A stretch of DNA of 58,100 bases, filler included, from Sphacelaria rigidula (Eukaryota): assembly GCA_964200075.2 (NCBI GenBank). It is 5 parts of 5 records of this genome, joined end to end, with 100 filler letters (N's around TTAATTAATTAA, not from the genome) between each part and the next. Parts side by side here need not be neighbours in the genome. Positions count along the whole stretch, not along the records: positions 11,642 to 23,181 come from CAXNAA020004811.1; positions 23,282 to 34,821 come from CAXNAA020004812.1; 3 more parts are not named here. One strand, given 5' to 3'. Numbering within the stretch: position 1 is the first letter of the stretch; every line of letters begins with the position of its first letter. Position numbers and translations under genes: made by a program. Positions 12,312 through 24,773 of this stretch are shown here, one piece after another. The notes beneath the pieces are model-generated. The model had not been told where the DNA came from, did not search any database, and saw nothing but the letters and a program-made list of their open reading frames with translations.

Positions 12312-15300
12312 CAAAGACATCCCGGGCCCGGGTACACATTATCTGCAAGGGACAGCATACACGGATGACACGACAAAATAGACGAAATGCCTACCTCGCG
12401 CCGTCCTCCAGCCGAATACACCCGAACAATTGGAAAGATGGTGGATGGTCACGCTGGCGATTGGCAGAAGCATAAACCAAGGAAATAAACACAGCGAAGC
12501 ACCGGGGCCGAGGGACAATTCCAGCCTGTTAAGGGAAGCTTGGCAAGCAATCTCGTATCTCCATCACTATATTTTTCACGTCGAATCATGGCGCAAACGT
12601 GAAAACGATCCCCCGAGTGACCCCGAAAATGTAAGCATCGAAACCGGAACGCGTACCCTTGAAGACTGGGACTGGGAGTATGGAACTAAGGTGTACACCC
12701 TTGCCCAGCTCTGAATCGGTTACACACATTACATGCCTCTAAATCCGTGGCAAACATCACTCTGGCCGTCCAGCACTGCACGTTCAGAGGAAGCGTGCTC
12801 AGGAAATACGGAAACCGAGAGTGCGACACAAGCTCACACCCGCACAAAAAGAAAAGTAGCAGTGAATCAGGCAGCCAAGAAACGGTGACGTCCAGCGGTA
12901 CCAAGGAGTCGACATCAGTCCCCTGCAAGCACAGCACCACAAACGACACTCACCACCTCCGCCACCCCCTTTCTCTTCACATGTTTTTTCCTTCGCCAAC
13001 GCCTGCCCCGTAAGCTCCACGTGAACATCTTATACCGCGCGAACTCGCTCATGGACAAGGACATGCCCTCCGCCGCGCGAGAGTGCCGCTCCGCCAGTTC
13101 CCAGAGATCTTGCCAGCAGTGTATTGTCATCCTGACTGGGCTGAACGTTACCCCCGACGGACCTTCTTCCGCCTAGAGCCGTAAAATAACGAGACGGAGA
13201 CAACGTTTTTCAAGAGACACTTGTGTCTTCACGATCCAGTTACTGGTATCTGGTACGACGAGAGTTGCCTCAGGTATCCTGCAAGTATCGAGTTATCCGC
13301 TCGGTGTCGTCCGCATGGTTTCCTCTTTGTAGCAATAAAAAATTGCCCTGTGGATGTTCCCCAACGTATAACAACTCGTGCATGAGTAAAACAAATATTG
13401 GGCAAGGGATGGCGGCGATAGGTCAACAGATTCATGTTATGTTGAGGGCTTGCCACGGAACGACGGACGGGATCTCCCTCGCCGCCCCAGACCTCACGGG
13501 ACATTTAAATCACGTCCCGTGGTATTTTGCCCCGTCCTTACGAAGACGTGCGTGAACAAACCGAATAGAATGCAACATGACCAAATGTAGTAGCGACAGT
13601 CCTTCAAAGCATCAGAGCCGTGTCTGATCGACATAGACAAATAATGTTTGAAAATCAAATTCTCGAATCTGAAAATCAGCCCGGAACGGCCACACCGAGT
13701 CTCCTTAAGAATCCCACATGCCGCATGCAGTGCGTCAAGAAAATTATTTAGGACGATTAGTCACGCACCAAGGAGGAACGCGACGGAACGGTCAGCAAGT
13801 TTCGATGTGTTTGACACCAGTAGACTGCAGTACGGACAGTTGTACATTACATCGTTCCGCCAAGAGAATGGGCCAGTCCCGGAGTCCCACCACCGGGCGT
13901 ACGGCGCAACGGAGGCTATTATCAGTGAAGGTAAAGCACAAGGTGTGGCAGGTGAAAATACTCTGTTGAGAGCGATCCATGCCCCCCATGCCCCTCATGC
14001 CTCCCCCCCTTCCCCCCCCCCATTTGGCGTGCGATGCGCCCCTCGTGCTTTCCCGCCATGGTCTCGCCCAAATCCAAAATTTCGCGCACACGACGTCGGC
14101 CGCCGGTGATTCATGCGCTGTACAGGTAATCACTTTCCTCTCAAGTGACGTGATCCCGTGCGTTTGATGAGTATGGCAATAGTGCAGTACAGTCGTTGCG
14201 CCGCTCTTCGATTCTCCCACGACAAATGTGTTTTTCCCGTTTGATTAGCATGACGCAGTCACAGCTGCCCCAAGAGATTCGGGGCAGGACGGGACACGGA
14301 TAAAAAATTACGGACGGCGAGGACTGTTCCGTTCCATTCTATCCGCCGCGTCGTCAGACTTTTGTCCCGCGAATAGCGTTGGATATGGCGTGGTTCCACG
14401 CATCGACAGCAGGTGCAGATGGGCGGCCCAAAAAAATACCCCCTGAGCAGCCGTGCAGTGTGCGCCCCTGACATTCACCAGTTAATCTCGAGGCACCTCG
14501 AGATCGCCCGATATCGCTCATGATCAAATTTGGCTTCGAAGCTGTTGTTTTCCAAGTGGCACAACACGCCTGTTTGTCTCAACAGGTGAATGTTGCATGC
14601 TCGTTTGGGAGATTGAAACATGAGGACCGCTGACCGTTTTTTCTGGCGAAGCCACGTGGGTGTACGCTTCGGTATGCTGAGTAGGGGGTACATGCCGTTA
14701 TACGCAAGTGAGTGGTGCACGCTGGCTCCCACTACTGCTGTAGTGTACTACAGCAACATGCTCTCCGCCTTGCTTTTTGCGATGCCATTGACAGCGCGCA
14801 CCTCGTGCGCGTTTTCATGCCACACTGCATGCCGCATATACCATCTCAACTGTACTCTGTGGCGCCGCGCTGTTACCTAAACCACGCCAGAGCGAACAGT
14901 GAAGTAGTACCGTGCCTTTCCTCTCTACTGCACACAACTCTGAGAGTGTAATATGACAGTGCTCAGCCCTTGGTAACACATGAGAGGGTAGGTAGGTGGC
15001 AAATATTGTGCAGAGATCAAAAAGCACCCTCGTTTGCCTGTGTATGGTTTATGATCAAATGATGAAATACACCTTCACCTCCAGGGGGGCGATACTGGGC
15101 GAGTTGTAGGAGAACTCAGTGGATCATTCCTCCAATCAGAACTGTCAAACTCCCACCAAATATCTGCAGGTCTGTTGCCAGACCTAGAAATTCCTAAAAA
15201 TACGCATGGTTGATCTGGGAAGCATTCAGTGACGATCGGAGAGCCTGCACGCCCCTCCGTCGAAAACGTTGAAACCCCTGGAACGTCAGCTGGTAAATGT

Positions 15301-15884
15301 ATTCCGAAACGATGCTGAAGGTCACGGATCACGGGGTTGAAGATGCAACCTTGTAACCCCGTAAAGTACTGAATCAACAAGCGGCTTATGAAAAATTTAT
15401 ACAGTACTTCGTACATACTAAATTGAAATGGACCATATTTTTACAAAATATACTATACAACAACGTGTCCGTCGCCACAGCATCTGCGGCAAAAACAAGC
15501 AGGTCGAGCGGACTGACCTTGATGACGGCTGTGGTGCCCATGACGAACGAATAGCCGGGAAGCTCCACGGTGATTGAGTCAACAGCCCACACCCCTTTCG
15601 GCCAGAAAAAAAATAAGAAGAAAGAACAGGTAAGCTTTACTGACAGTAGTGAGAGAACAGCGATGCGTAATATTTGGCACAGACCATATGTGTGGGAACG
15701 ATATGTCATTCATGCCCCCGAACTCCGAATATATCATTTGTGCTGCTTCCGACTGTAGAAAACGATAGAGCTCGTCAGGGCGCGACTTGTCCCCTCGTTT
15801 GACCATCACGTTCGGCGTCACGCTTCCGACCGACACAACTTTGGTATCTTCAGACCTTGTATTTCAAAAGAAAAAGAAATACTC

Positions 15885-17505
15885 GAAAACATGCGGTCGA
15901 ATCGAATTGATCGTTGCGAGGTCGTATCTGATACGTCCATCGCATTTATGTTCTCAGATGGCTTCAGGTCCATCTTGTAATTAGTTGCGCGAGACGGGCA
16001 GGGTCAAAAATAGAAAAGCTTAGGTTTTCGAGTGAAACGAGCGGCGGAAATAAGCGAAGGGGCACATGACTCCTATGTTGCAGACTTTGTTGTTGCAAAC
16101 AACCATGCCGGATACCACGCGTTCACAGGACTACGCAAAACCCAGATGGTTCATTCGCAGCTACCAACTCAACCCTGCAGCATAGATCATGAACTGAGCA
16201 TTGGGATACATGCGCTGCAGTGATAAGAAAGCGACACCACCACCCTCCTCTTGGCTTGATGTGTTTTTGCTTTGTTGGAGAAAACCTGAGCATCTAATCT
16301 TGTCGTGGGTAGAAGGACGAAGTTGCGTGTTGGGGTGGTCGACCGAATTACGAACCCGATCATGGAAATTAGAGGCAGTGCAAAATTGCACGCGGTTCAA
16401 ATCTTTTTCGCACCCTCCTGTATGCAGAGTACAGACAGCCACGATTCCCGCTCCTTTTCCACATCGCGCCTGCATGCTGTACGAAACGCATAGACTATGC
16501 AGACAGTACAGGCAGCACTACTACTGTACTGTACTGTACTGTCTGAACTGTCTGTGCTACCGCCTGTGATTAATACAAGTAAATAAGTGCCGCTTCACGA
16601 ACTTAGGTTGGCTTTTTCGATCCAAGGCGTGCAAATTCACTCGGACCCAAACACAACAAAACGAAATGAATCACTTCCGCCGCACGAACTCGTTCGAGTC
16701 GAAAAAGATGCGGTCGGATCGAATTGGTCGCTACGAGGCCGAATCAGATACGTCCATGGCATTTATGTTCTCACATGGCTTCAAGTCCATTTTATAATTA
16801 GTTGCACGCGACGGGCAGTCAAAAACAGAGAAGATTAGCTTTTTCGAGCGAAACGAGCGGCGGAATGAACAAAGGGGCACGTAACTTCTGTGTTGCAGAC
16901 AACCATGCCAGATACTACCCATTCACATAATTACGCAAAACCCATGTGATTCATTCTCAGCTTCCTACTCAATCTTGCGGCATAGATCACGAACTGAGCG
17001 CAGGGATACATACATTGCGGTGATAGGAAACCGACACCACCACACTTTTGGCATGATGTGTTTCTTCTTGTTTGCGAAAACTTGGGCATCAAATTTTGTG
17101 GCAGGGTCCACCAACTGAGCTGCGTGTTGGGGTGGGCGATCGAATTGCCAACGCGCTCATGGACAGTAGAGGCGATGCAAAAGTGGTCGTGGTTCAAATC
17201 TGCTTCCCATCCTCCTGTATGCAGAGAGTCGGAGGGCTGCGCTGTCTGTATGTCGCGTTGCCCGCTTCTTTTCCACATCGCGCCTGTATGCTGTGCAAAA
17301 CACACACAATCTAGACAGTACAGGTCGCCACCGTTACTGTACGGTCTGTACTGTACTGTCTGTGGAATATAAGTAGAAGAAGTACCGGTTCACGAATTTC
17401 GCTTAGCCTTTTCTATTTCGACTCAAAGCGTGCAAATTCGCTCGGACTCAAACATGGCAAAGCGAAGTGAATCAGTTCCGCCGCACGAACTCGTTGGAGT
17501 CGAAG
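15885..17505. repeat. Degenerate ~800-bp tandem duplication (two units, junction ~16700)
   Basis: Blocks GATACGTCCAT..GCATTTATGTTCTCA, GCATAGATCA..GAACTGAGC, CCTCCTGTATGCAGAG and TTCCGCCGCACGAACTCGTT recur at ~780-820 bp offsets. Confidence 0.8.
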
Positions 17506-17809
17506 AAAATTTGGTAAGGCACGGCCTCTCATCAAATTGTTTTTGACTCGAAAACGTACGGCGGAATCAAATTTGCTCGTACCTGATACGTCCGCGACAC
17601 TCATGTTCTCAACCATGTGAGAAAATTAGTAGCGTGGACGAATCAGAAACAAACGAATTCGATTCGACCGCTCGTTTTTGTCACCAAAACAATTTGATAA
17701 GACACGACCTCAGTTCGATATTTTTCAAAATACGAAGACCAAGAAATGGGCAAATATCCCCACAAAACACCTTCCGCATATTACTCTCCGGTGCCGTACG
17801 AGTATCGCA

Positions 17810-18408
17810 CTGGTTAAGTCGTGTTTCAACGAGACAAGAAAAGTGAGCACACGCCGTGGGAGTGAGAGTGCTTCTGGCGTATTTCGTGGCTTTATTTTTT
17901 CTGTCCTTGCAAATGGTTGCCCATCAGCTCTCAACCAATTGGTAGGAGAAAAACAACCACGACACCAAACCCGCAGATTCTGGCGTATGTCGTGGTTTTT
18001 ATTTTCTGTCCTTTCAATTGGTTCACGGTTCGGACGGATCATCGCCGGTTCGAATCACCGAATCCACGATTTTTTAGGCCTGGTTGCTCGAACGAGATAA
18101 AAAAGTCGACCGATGGTCAAAAAGGTTCCCACGCAACTTTTGCGTCATTCCGCGTGCCTGGGCTGCGCGTACCTGGGTTGCAACGCTGAAAACAAAGCCC
18201 AAGGATTGATTCGTAGGGTACGAAATACACTAAAATTAAGTAATTTCCAGACGAATCATTCATTCGTCCGACCCGTGAATTGGTTGCCCATCAGCTCTCC
18301 ACCAATCGGAAGGACAAAAACAACCACGACAACAAACCCGCCAGAACCACTCTTACTCTCACGGCGCGTTGAAACTCTCCTTGTCTCCTTCAAACGGGCC
18401 ATTTACTG
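17810..18408. mobile_element. Old MITE-like element with ~100-bp degenerate TIRs and internal repeats
   Basis: Left GAGACAAG..CGCCGTGGGAGTGAGAGTGCTTCTGGCG mirrors right CGCCAGAACCACTCTTACTCTCACGGCG..CTTGTCTC; TGGTTGCCCATCAGCTCTC occurs twice. Confidence 0.6.
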
Positions 18409-18788
18409 ATGCATGATGTTGATAAACTACGGTTGTTTAGGAGGGGTAATTTTGAGTCGGTCACTGGTTCGGTCGTGTATGAATATAACGGTAACGGCAG
18501 GGTGGGGCTTCGTTCATACAATGTTCACCGTTTCCCCCGCCGTCCACGTATACTGTAGATAGGCAACACAGGTCGTGGCGACCGTTACGCATGATACATG
18601 GCACCCTCTGCGGCTGTTACTAGACGTGGAAGGGATAACTGCACGCCGCCAAGATTTCCTTACCCCCCTACATCAACCTCACAGAAGACGGATCGATAGA
18701 GTCAGCGCAGATTTAGAGCAGTCTAGATGGAGGTTGTACCGTAGTACGAAAAACAGGAGAGAGCATCACCGCCGTCACGGATACTCAC

Positions 18789-19308
18789 CAGCGATTACAG
18801 CATAAATGGAGCAAAAGTACCGCATCAGCTTCGATTCCAATGATCCGGACAAGAAAGCCATCACGACACAAACGAAGGCCAAGACGACGAATCTCGAGAC
18901 CCTGGCCGTGACTGCCGACCTGCTGCCACCCGTGCCTGCCGGTGCCATCGACCGCTGTGGTAACGCCCTCTCCACCCTCACCGCCTCAGCTGCCGCCATG
19001 AATAGACTCGCCATGAGTACGCTGTCTAGTGACAGCCCGCGAGCTGCGCACTCTCCTCGGAGCTTTCGAGTTGTGTCCAAGTCTATATAAGCGCCGGTGA
19101 CCGTCGCTGCTTGTTGCTGAGTTGCCACAGCTACTGTCGGACTTGCGGGAGCTTGGAGACCTAGGTTGAGAGTCTGGCGTCTTGTTGGTATCGCCTCTCC
19201 TAAAAGACATATCCAATGTTGGAGGCGCCGGCGGAATGAGCGCATAGTGGACAATATCGATGAGTTCATGATGAAGCTTCTGTCGGGAGGTCCAGAAGGT
19301 GCGCTTTG
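18789..19308 (-). CDS. Possible exon of a host gene (weak acyltransferase/condensation-like helix plus hydrophobic segment)
   Basis: Open frame ending at a strong donor G|GTGAGT; TRKLRGECAARGLSLDSVLMASLFMAA segment; the 5' boundary is a guess. Confidence 0.3.
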
Positions 19309-20124
19309 CTACACTGCCGCCCGATACAAGCGATACTCGAGCGCCCAACAGCGATCCTATGATGCATAATCTAGCGAAGAAGATGACAAATTTTCGTTCA
19401 CCGGACGGGTTGTCCGTGGTGGGAGCATGACCAGATACAAAAGCGTAATCCGACGTACCTGACACGACATGGCGATATGGCCCCAGGCATACGGAATAAA
19501 ATTGTGTATGCCCAACAGAGGGTTGTGCCATTGTATTATACATTGTCGAACGGCAGTAACTAACTGCTGACTTCTTGGTGAACAGCTGAGTGGCATGGCG
19601 CATTTTATAAGGGATGTTCGAGCTGCAGGGTCAAATGCCAGCCGATGGTATTTATTTTTGCGCCGAAAGGAGGGTTTAGGCTGAAACGGAATACAGAACT
19701 GACTGTTGGATTTGAATGTTCCCGATCGAAGGGTGCTATGCTGATAACCACCGTTTCAACCCACATACTGCCCTGAGCGCCTTACACCACCGAACCTGTG
19801 GCTTCAGCACCCACCTTTGGAGAAAAACAAGACGTAAACTAAGTTTCAGCATCATCAGACACCGGGTGCGCTTAGTCTCGACGCCCAACTCGTATAGATA
19901 TGCACCACTCAAACGGTGCTCGCTCAGCTGTGCTCAGTGCTGTCGATATTGGAAATGGAAAATGACCATTAGATTGTAGTGATCATGTTGCTGTCAGGTT
20001 GCTGACTCTATGCTCGAACAGTCAACCATGTCCTGACAACACGGTATTGCATGTACCCTTCACTCATTCATCACAGCACAATCTGCCCATCTCCACAACT
20101 AAAAGATAGTAACTAGAAGATACC

Positions 20125-20586
20125 ATGGCAACCGTCAACAAAAGCAACCACATGATCAACTACCGCCGCCGTCGTGGCTACGACTTCCTATTCCTTGTCA
20201 CCGTTGTCGCGATCCTATCCACAGCGACAACAACGACACACGCGTTTGTGCACCCCTTCGCTCGACCAGTGGGAAGCATCTGCAACACAGCAACCACCGC
20301 TCCAGCCACAACGAGTTTGACGAGGGAAACATCGACGAAGTCGGTCCAGCCGCGCACTGCTACCATCGTATCCTCAAAGTCCGGAACTACTGATGACGGG
20401 TTGAGTCGGGCCGAGGTATTACGACTTCTCGGGTCTTCGGTCTTGAAAGCAGGAGGTGGTGTGCTCGCCGGGGTGGCGTTGTGCGGATCGTCGGGATCGG
20501 GGGGTGCTGCGTTTGCGTTGGATGAGCAACAGCAGCAGTTCACTGATATGCGCGACGGGCTTGAGCTAAAGGCTCAGGAGGACGAG
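20125..20586 (+). CDS. First exon of a nucleus-encoded plastid (probably thylakoid lumen) protein
   Basis: Hydrophobic signal LFLVTVVAILSTATTTTHA^FV, S/T-rich transit peptide, SRAEVL..hydrophobic..AAFA^ second signal, donor GAG|GTATGT at 20587. Confidence 0.65.
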
Positions 20587-21672
20587 GTATGTCTCATTGT
20601 GTCGGTGTCAGTGTATCCTTCATCGCGTGTGATGATATTTTGTGCGATTGTTGTCCGAGTAATATGAACGGTTTCGACGAGTTTTCATTTATGAGATGAG
20701 ACTGAACTGTGACCTGCGAAGTGTCTACTCGCGAAGGCGAGCCTGTGCTGTGCTAGTGCATCACTTGATCGCCGCACAGGGCTTCATCCGCTCACGGCGT
20801 ATATGCCAAGCGTCGGATTCGTTCACATCAGTGTTTAGCAAAGTACCCTGACTTCGCCAAGACTCTGCGGCGAACTGTTGCGTGCTGAGCCCGGATAAGA
20901 CGCACAGTAGTTGTTTCTACCGGCCGCATATCAGTTTGAATGGGACGATATCTTTGTCAGCGCACCCTGCTGACAGGGTGCTGTGCGCCTGACTACTATA
21001 CCTGTGAATGTTTACCTTACGAGTATGAAGTTTTTAAAAGATTATACGAGGTTGTCATATACAACTAGAACACGCCCGTCCAGGTGTGGTTCACTCTACA
21101 CATGCTCCGCTTCCCGACGGCTCAACTAGGGCAAATGAGACCATGCAGCCAGGGCGGAAAAACCTGGGTTTGAATTCCGTCAGATGCCTGTTCGTCGCAT
21201 CATGATCAAGAGCCCCCATATTGGGAAATGACGGCACCTTTCCCCCCCCCCCCCCACGCCAGAGGCGGTCGAGAGTGAGGGAAATCGTTTGATGGTGTTG
21301 AAAAACGTTTTCCTTTCGGAAGTGAGCAGTATCTTCACCACCACGATACTGGACTGTAGCCGAGCAGCCCAAAACCAAGGAGTTTGAGCATGTCAGCTGT
21401 TCTACTGTACTGTAGCGGCCGCAGGGAAGATAACTTGGCGCTTGGATAGTGACTTCTCGGTCGACGTGAACGCTGAATAATGACTGGGATGGGTGTTGTA
21501 GTGGTGAGAACGCGATGCTGGAGAGGACCGTGTACTGAAAACGTGAACCTGATGGCGTTCTGTGTGTCCATGAAGGAAATTGTTACTACGAGTTGTACGT
21601 GTTGCTGAGTGACATCAAACGTATACACTACTGCTGTGACTCGACTGTGAAATGCCAACCGGCATACAAGCC

Positions 21673-21925
21673 GGTCGCCCCGGTGGCTCAGTTGGAATCC
21701 TCGAAACATTCTGACGGTTGGGTCGTGAGTTCAAATCTCGGAGCGATCTGGGATTTTTTTCACACCATGCCCAACAGTGGAGAGCGACCATGTCGTGGGT
21801 ACACAAAATTCGACTAAACGGTCGACGAGGGAAAAGGACTGCTGAACCCCTCTCGCGATAAAAAATAAAGACGAGCACCGCAGAAGGAAGGTGGGGTTTA
21901 AGTACAAATAAAAAAGAAAAACCCC
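21673..21925 (+). mobile_element. tRNA-derived SINE-like element
   Basis: Pol III A box TGGCTCAGTTGG (21684-21695), B box GAGTTCAAATC (21727-21737), no closing acceptor stem, A-rich 3' region. Confidence 0.6.
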
Positions 21926-22548
21926 TGTGTTGACCTTCCTCCTGTGTAATCATGGCTGATGCGCCCACATGAACCGAAAGGCGTAGACTGGCGGCTAGAA
22001 TAGATGTGACAACAGAACAACATACACGAAGATGTTCTGATAGTACTTGCATGATATCAAACAATTGTAGATGATCCAAAGATGATCACCTGGTGCCCGC
22101 GTAGGCAGAGCCCGCGTTCAGACAGCCATGTCGATGGGCAATCAATCTTCAAAGCTCGGCATACTGCACAATGACACCGGTGAAGAGTACAGATGAAAAT
22201 CTCGTGAAAATGGTGTCGCCGAAGAAAGTAGTCAACGAGTCACAGTTCTGTGTTCTTTACCCATCCTGGCATAATCTATCCCAACAAATGCGGGTCTTGC
22301 AACAGCCACGGCCCCGTTTGCAGAACTTTTGACGGATTCATGTATCGTGCCGCATGCTATCGAGTCAGTATACTTCCAGCCTCTGCACCCCCAACGCTTT
22401 CATTTCCACTCCCTGCGTATGCGGACATATTCTTCTCGAGTGGCCTTGACGTTGCTCAACCAAGGCTCGACACACCCTCACCACCTGCCTTGCAGCCGTA
22501 CCATACACAAATTGTACACAAGCCTGGCACAAGCCGGGAAATGCCGTC

Positions 22549-22865
22549 CATGCACGTACGGCACAGTACAGTACCTTCTATCTTCATTATCCATCTTATC
22601 AGGGGGGTACCCATCCCTCGAAAAAAGGTACCCCCCCCCTCTTCTGTCGACCAAGATGAGCAACAAATGAGTACACCCCGTCTCCCGTCGCCAATAATGA
22701 GGTTTCCGGGGATCCGAGTCCCTGCGTAACGTATTCCAGTCTGCCGCAGGTCACCGAAACCTCATTCTGAGGTAGGATGGGGCGGTACCCTATTTTATGG
22801 GGAGGGTACCCCCTGATCGGTGGATGATGGCGACAGTACTTTCTGTACTGCACCGTACGTGCATG
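22549..22865. mobile_element. Degenerate MITE/foldback (~317 bp)
   Basis: CATGCACGTACGG..ATCAGGGGGGTACCC on the left mirrored by GGGTACCCCCTGAT..CCGTACGTGCATG on the right. Confidence 0.65.
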
Positions 22866-23181
22866 TCGGTAGCGTTCGCCTGCGCAGGGTATACCGAAAC
22901 GGTAAGTAGTAGGGGTACGTCGAAGCAAGTAGAGAAGAACATGTGCGCAGAGGCAAAGAGTGTCGGAACAAGCGAGGCGGCGAATCGGGTGAACTACGCC
23001 GTACAACACCATTACTGGCAGACATGGCCTTGCAGTTTGTTGGAAATGAACCGGCCCAACACACATACTGTGCAGACAGTGACTAATGCCAAAATAGCCC
23101 CCTCACACAAAGTGCACCGGAGACCGTCCGACAAACCGGCTGCGATCCCACTATTGGGCTCGTTTGCAGCAATTTCGCCCA

Positions 23182-23281
23182 NNNNNNNNNNNNNNNNNNN
23201 NNNNNNNNNNNNNNNNNNNNNNNNNTTAATTAATTAANNNNNNNNNNNNNNNNNNNNNNNNNNNNNNNNNNNNNNNNNNNN
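23182..23281. other. Artificial contig linker
   Basis: N-TTAATTAATTAA-N, 100 bp. Confidence 0.98.
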
Positions 23282-23343
23282 CTCGTGAGTCTCTTTTTTC
23301 GTGCAACCAAATGCCCCCCCCCCCCCCTATCGTAGGATGACTC
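23282..23343. mobile_element. MITE family 1 right end, inserted in the family A copy 2 integrase
   Basis: CCCCCTATCGTAGGATGACTC followed by TCCTGGGCATCCGC, which matches copy 1 at ~6477. Confidence 0.85.
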
Positions 23344-23574
23344 TCCTGGGCATCCGCAAAATTGCCACGAGCGCCTACCACCCAAACGGGTAACGGTGGT
23401 ACCGAAAGAGATAACCATACCATGGCCCAGATGCTCTCTATGGTCGTCAGCGACCGCCAAAATGACTGAGACCTACATCTCTCGCACATCATGCTGTCCT
23501 ACAACAACTCGGTTAACGCCGCCACAGGCCTTTCCCCGAACGAACTCCATCTTGGACGTTACCCTCGGCTGCCC

Positions 23575-23867
23575 CACGGGTGGCCACTGGGGTCTGTAAC
23601 CTGGCCATTTTGGGACCTTATCCACCTTTGGTAAGGTCCGCGGATTGGGTAGACAACTGATGAGCATTCGCACAGTATGGACAGGATCGAAACAAAGCAT
23701 GTTCCAGTCTACAGGGGAGTCACCCGCCTATAGACTGGGACATGTTTTGTTTCGATCCTGTCCATGCTGTGCGAGTGCTCTTCAGTTGTCTACCCAATCC
23801 GCGGACCTTACCAAAGGTGAATAAGGTCCCAAAATGGCCAGTTTACAGACCCAAGTGGCCACCCGTG
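23575..23867. mobile_element. 293-bp near-perfect palindromic MITE, CACTA/CMC-like (CAC..GTG, 2-bp TSD CC)
   Basis: ~140-bp arms CACGGGTGGCCACT.. / ..AGTGGCCACCCGTG with a ~10-nt loop; absent from copy 1 at ~6960. Confidence 0.88.
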
Positions 23868-24520
23868 CCACCACCATGTTTGAGCGACACACGTTCGATG
23901 GCCACCGAGGATTGGATCAGGATCAGATATCCTATCACGAACTAGCGCATTCACGACAGCGCAAAGCGTTTACCCTCGTGCGCGAACACGCTATCAATGC
24001 CTCGCGCCTTGAGAGATCTAACACTGCTCTTTACAATCTCATGCGCAAACGCCCCAACTGGAAAGTGGGTGGTCGGGTTTGGATCTACAACAGCTTGTCG
24101 ACCATCCGCCAAGGCACCAGCAAGGCAGCAAACGAAACAAGTTTGAAGACTAAATTGCCTCTCAATTGGACAGGACCATTCAAGATCCTGACAGTCGGAC
24201 CATCGCCATCATCACCGGATGATAAACCCGTTGGTGACAAACTGCCTTATCTCGACCTGCCTCGCGACCTCCAGGGCAAAGACACCAAACCCCGCGTCTC
24301 CGTGCACAGATTCAGACCCAGCACAAACCCGCATGATATAAGCGACATGCCCAAGTACTTGCCTGCCAGACTCACACAGTACGTTCTCAACAGCTACTCG
24401 ACCAAGTCCCCGCGCTATCATGTTACCACCGACGACGTAACGGAACAGCCCCCCCGATTGACCGTGTCCACCATCTCCGGCCACCAGAATCACTCGTGGT
24501 CGAGGTGGCAAAATTGCTGT

Positions 24521-24773
24521 GAGCGATGCTACGATAGGGGTTGCACCTTTTGTTTCTGGGTCTCGTTTTTGTAGGAGCCCAAATATATTAGGCTTACTGT
24601 GCCACCCAAATCTCCGGGGACAGGACATGGAGATGCACACAGGAACCTTTTCGTGAATCGGCATCAGTTTCAGTCTTTTTTAAGTGAAGATGATGCCGAT
24701 TCTCAATATGATCTGTGCAACACCCCGAGAAATATTTTCGCTCAAAAAGTGCAACCCTACCGTAGCATCGCTC
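24521..24773. mobile_element. MITE family 2 (253 bp), Sola2-like
   Basis: TIRs GAGCGATGCTACGATAGGGGTTGCAC / GTGCAACCCTACCGTAGCATCGCTC; TSD CTGT (24517-24520, 24774-24777); empty site in copy 1 at ~7611. Confidence 0.9.

Noticed and set aside
12570..15420. Scattered exon-like minus-strand segments in contig 2
   Set aside because: Some splice-like sites, but no consistent phase or recognisable protein could be assembled
21677..21750. tRNA gene
   Set aside because: A and B boxes present but no acceptor-stem pairing or clean anticodon arm; better explained as a SINE head
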